This document shows, piece after piece, positions 63,486-64,000 of a stretch of DNA of 64,000 bases. The stretch covers positions 13,661 to 77,660 of the forward strand of contig JAGCPA010000077.1 in NCBI GenBank assembly GCA_017642445.1, given 5' to 3'. The translations under genes were made by a program, and so were the position numbers. Numbering within the stretch: position 1 is the first letter of the stretch; every line of letters starts with the position of its first letter. This DNA is from Spirochaetia bacterium (GTDB lineage: Bacteria; Spirochaetota; Spirochaetia; CADAEX01). The notes under the pieces are model-generated. The model saw only the letters and a list, made by a program, of their open reading frames with translations. It did not search any database and was not told the DNA's origin.

Positions 63486-64000
63486 TACTTTCTGATGATG
63501 ATGACCTGCTCAGAAGCATAGTATGGAACTGAGAAGTCAACATTCTTCTTTCTCTCTTCGGTGATAGACATACCAGCTGCGATAAAGTCGATGGTGCCTG
63601 CCTGAAGTGCAGGGATAAGGCTGTCGAATGCCATATCAACCACTTCCAGCTTAACACCGGCTTTTGCTGCGATATACTCACCCATGGAGATATCGAAACC
63701 TGCGATATTCTTGCCCTCTACATACTCGAATGGAGGGAATGCTGCGTTTGTTCCCAGCTTGATTGTGCCGGACTTTGCATCGTTGGCAATTGCTGGAATG
63801 ACAATCTTTCCATCCACTGGCATGAAAGCTGCAACCAGCTTCTCGTAACCGCCGTTGGCCTGGAGCTCTTTGATTGTTGCATCAACAATGTCCAGAACTG
63901 CCTTGTTGCCTTTCTTTACTGCGATAACATACTCTTCCTTGTTAGCGGAGAACTCTGCATCTCTTACAATTGCAAGCTCAGGGTTCTTGTCTACAATAGC
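63485..64000 (-). CDS. Amino-acid ABC substrate-binding protein (SBP_bac_3 type), 5' end off the right edge, with an unusual domain order at the C-terminus
   Basis: The frame is open from 64000 down to the stop at 63485. My translation reads ...EEYVIAVKKGNKAVLDIVDATIKELQANGGYEKLVAAF (an SBP C-terminal segment), followed in the same frame by IKLGTNAAFPPFEY...DFIAAGMSITEERKKNVDFSVPYY (an SBP N-terminal segment). Confidence 0.75.
   Translation of the reverse strand, partial: AIVDKNPELAIVRDAEFSANKEEYVIAVKKGNKAVLDIVDATIKELQANGGYEKLVAAFMPVDGKIVIPAIANDAKSGTIKLGTNAAFPPFEYVEGKNIAGFDISMGEYIAAKAGVKLEVVDMAFDSLIPALQAGTIDFIAAGMSITEERKKNVDFSVPYYASEQVIIIRK

Noticed and set aside
1-64000. CRISPR arrays, rRNA genes, IS elements/transposases, prophage structural genes
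   Set aside because: I looked for regularly spaced direct repeats, rRNA-like conserved blocks and transposase or capsid/terminase-like ORFs and found none. The only repeat structures seen are the MraZ boxes, the vapB palindrome, terminator hairpins and the 28.7/32.4 kb inverted pair.

Overview
Chromosomal window of about 50% G+C (judged by eye). The gene order and the lipoprotein and periplasmic-protein signals look spirochaete-like, but I cannot prove the taxonomy from sequence alone. Positions 3.1-22.7 kb are one long minus-strand housekeeping run: mraZ-rsmH-ftsL-murF-mraY-ftsW-ftsQ-ftsA-ftsZ, xerD, dprA, topA, xerC, hslV-hslU. This runs directly into an isolated fliF(short)-fliG-fliH-fliI-fliJ block, followed by ilvB-ilvN and a partial class-III aminotransferase. 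The rest of the window holds, in order:
- hisS and a DEAH helicase, then vapBC.
- A markedly AT-rich accessory patch (~27.4-31.2 kb) with a 5'-truncated ORF6N gene, an orphan Nif11-type RiPP precursor, a 38-aa membrane peptide, and a DUF2075 nuclease/P-loop gene translationally coupled to a 66-aa ORF.
- NUDIX and ADP-ribosylglycohydrolase genes, and a PerR / reverse-rubrerythrin / DUF2703 cluster.
- pepF, a cation antiporter fused to a PTS-EIIA domain, and a tRNA-Leu/Lys/Glu operon.
- tatD, a HAD hydrolase, a GlpA-like/DUF1667 trio, and an EamA transporter.
- A fragment of a mobile-element polyvalent protein.
- An Opp-type ABC transporter with two tandem paralogous TIM-barrel genes and a YesM/YesN-type two-component system.
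- alr, a MATE transporter, two lipoproteins, fba, and an amino-acid ABC transporter that is cut at the right edge.
I saw no CRISPR array, rRNA, complete IS element or prophage.
The most interesting signals are:
1. A five-gene flagellar-type remnant module. It has a FliF that lacks the RBM3/collar region, and the rod, hook, motor and export-gate genes are absent from the locus.
2. The AT-rich island, with its DUF2075 two-gene operon and the orphan Cys-rich RiPP precursor.
3. A ~27-45 bp inverted repeat or promoter-like element that brackets 28.7-32.4 kb.
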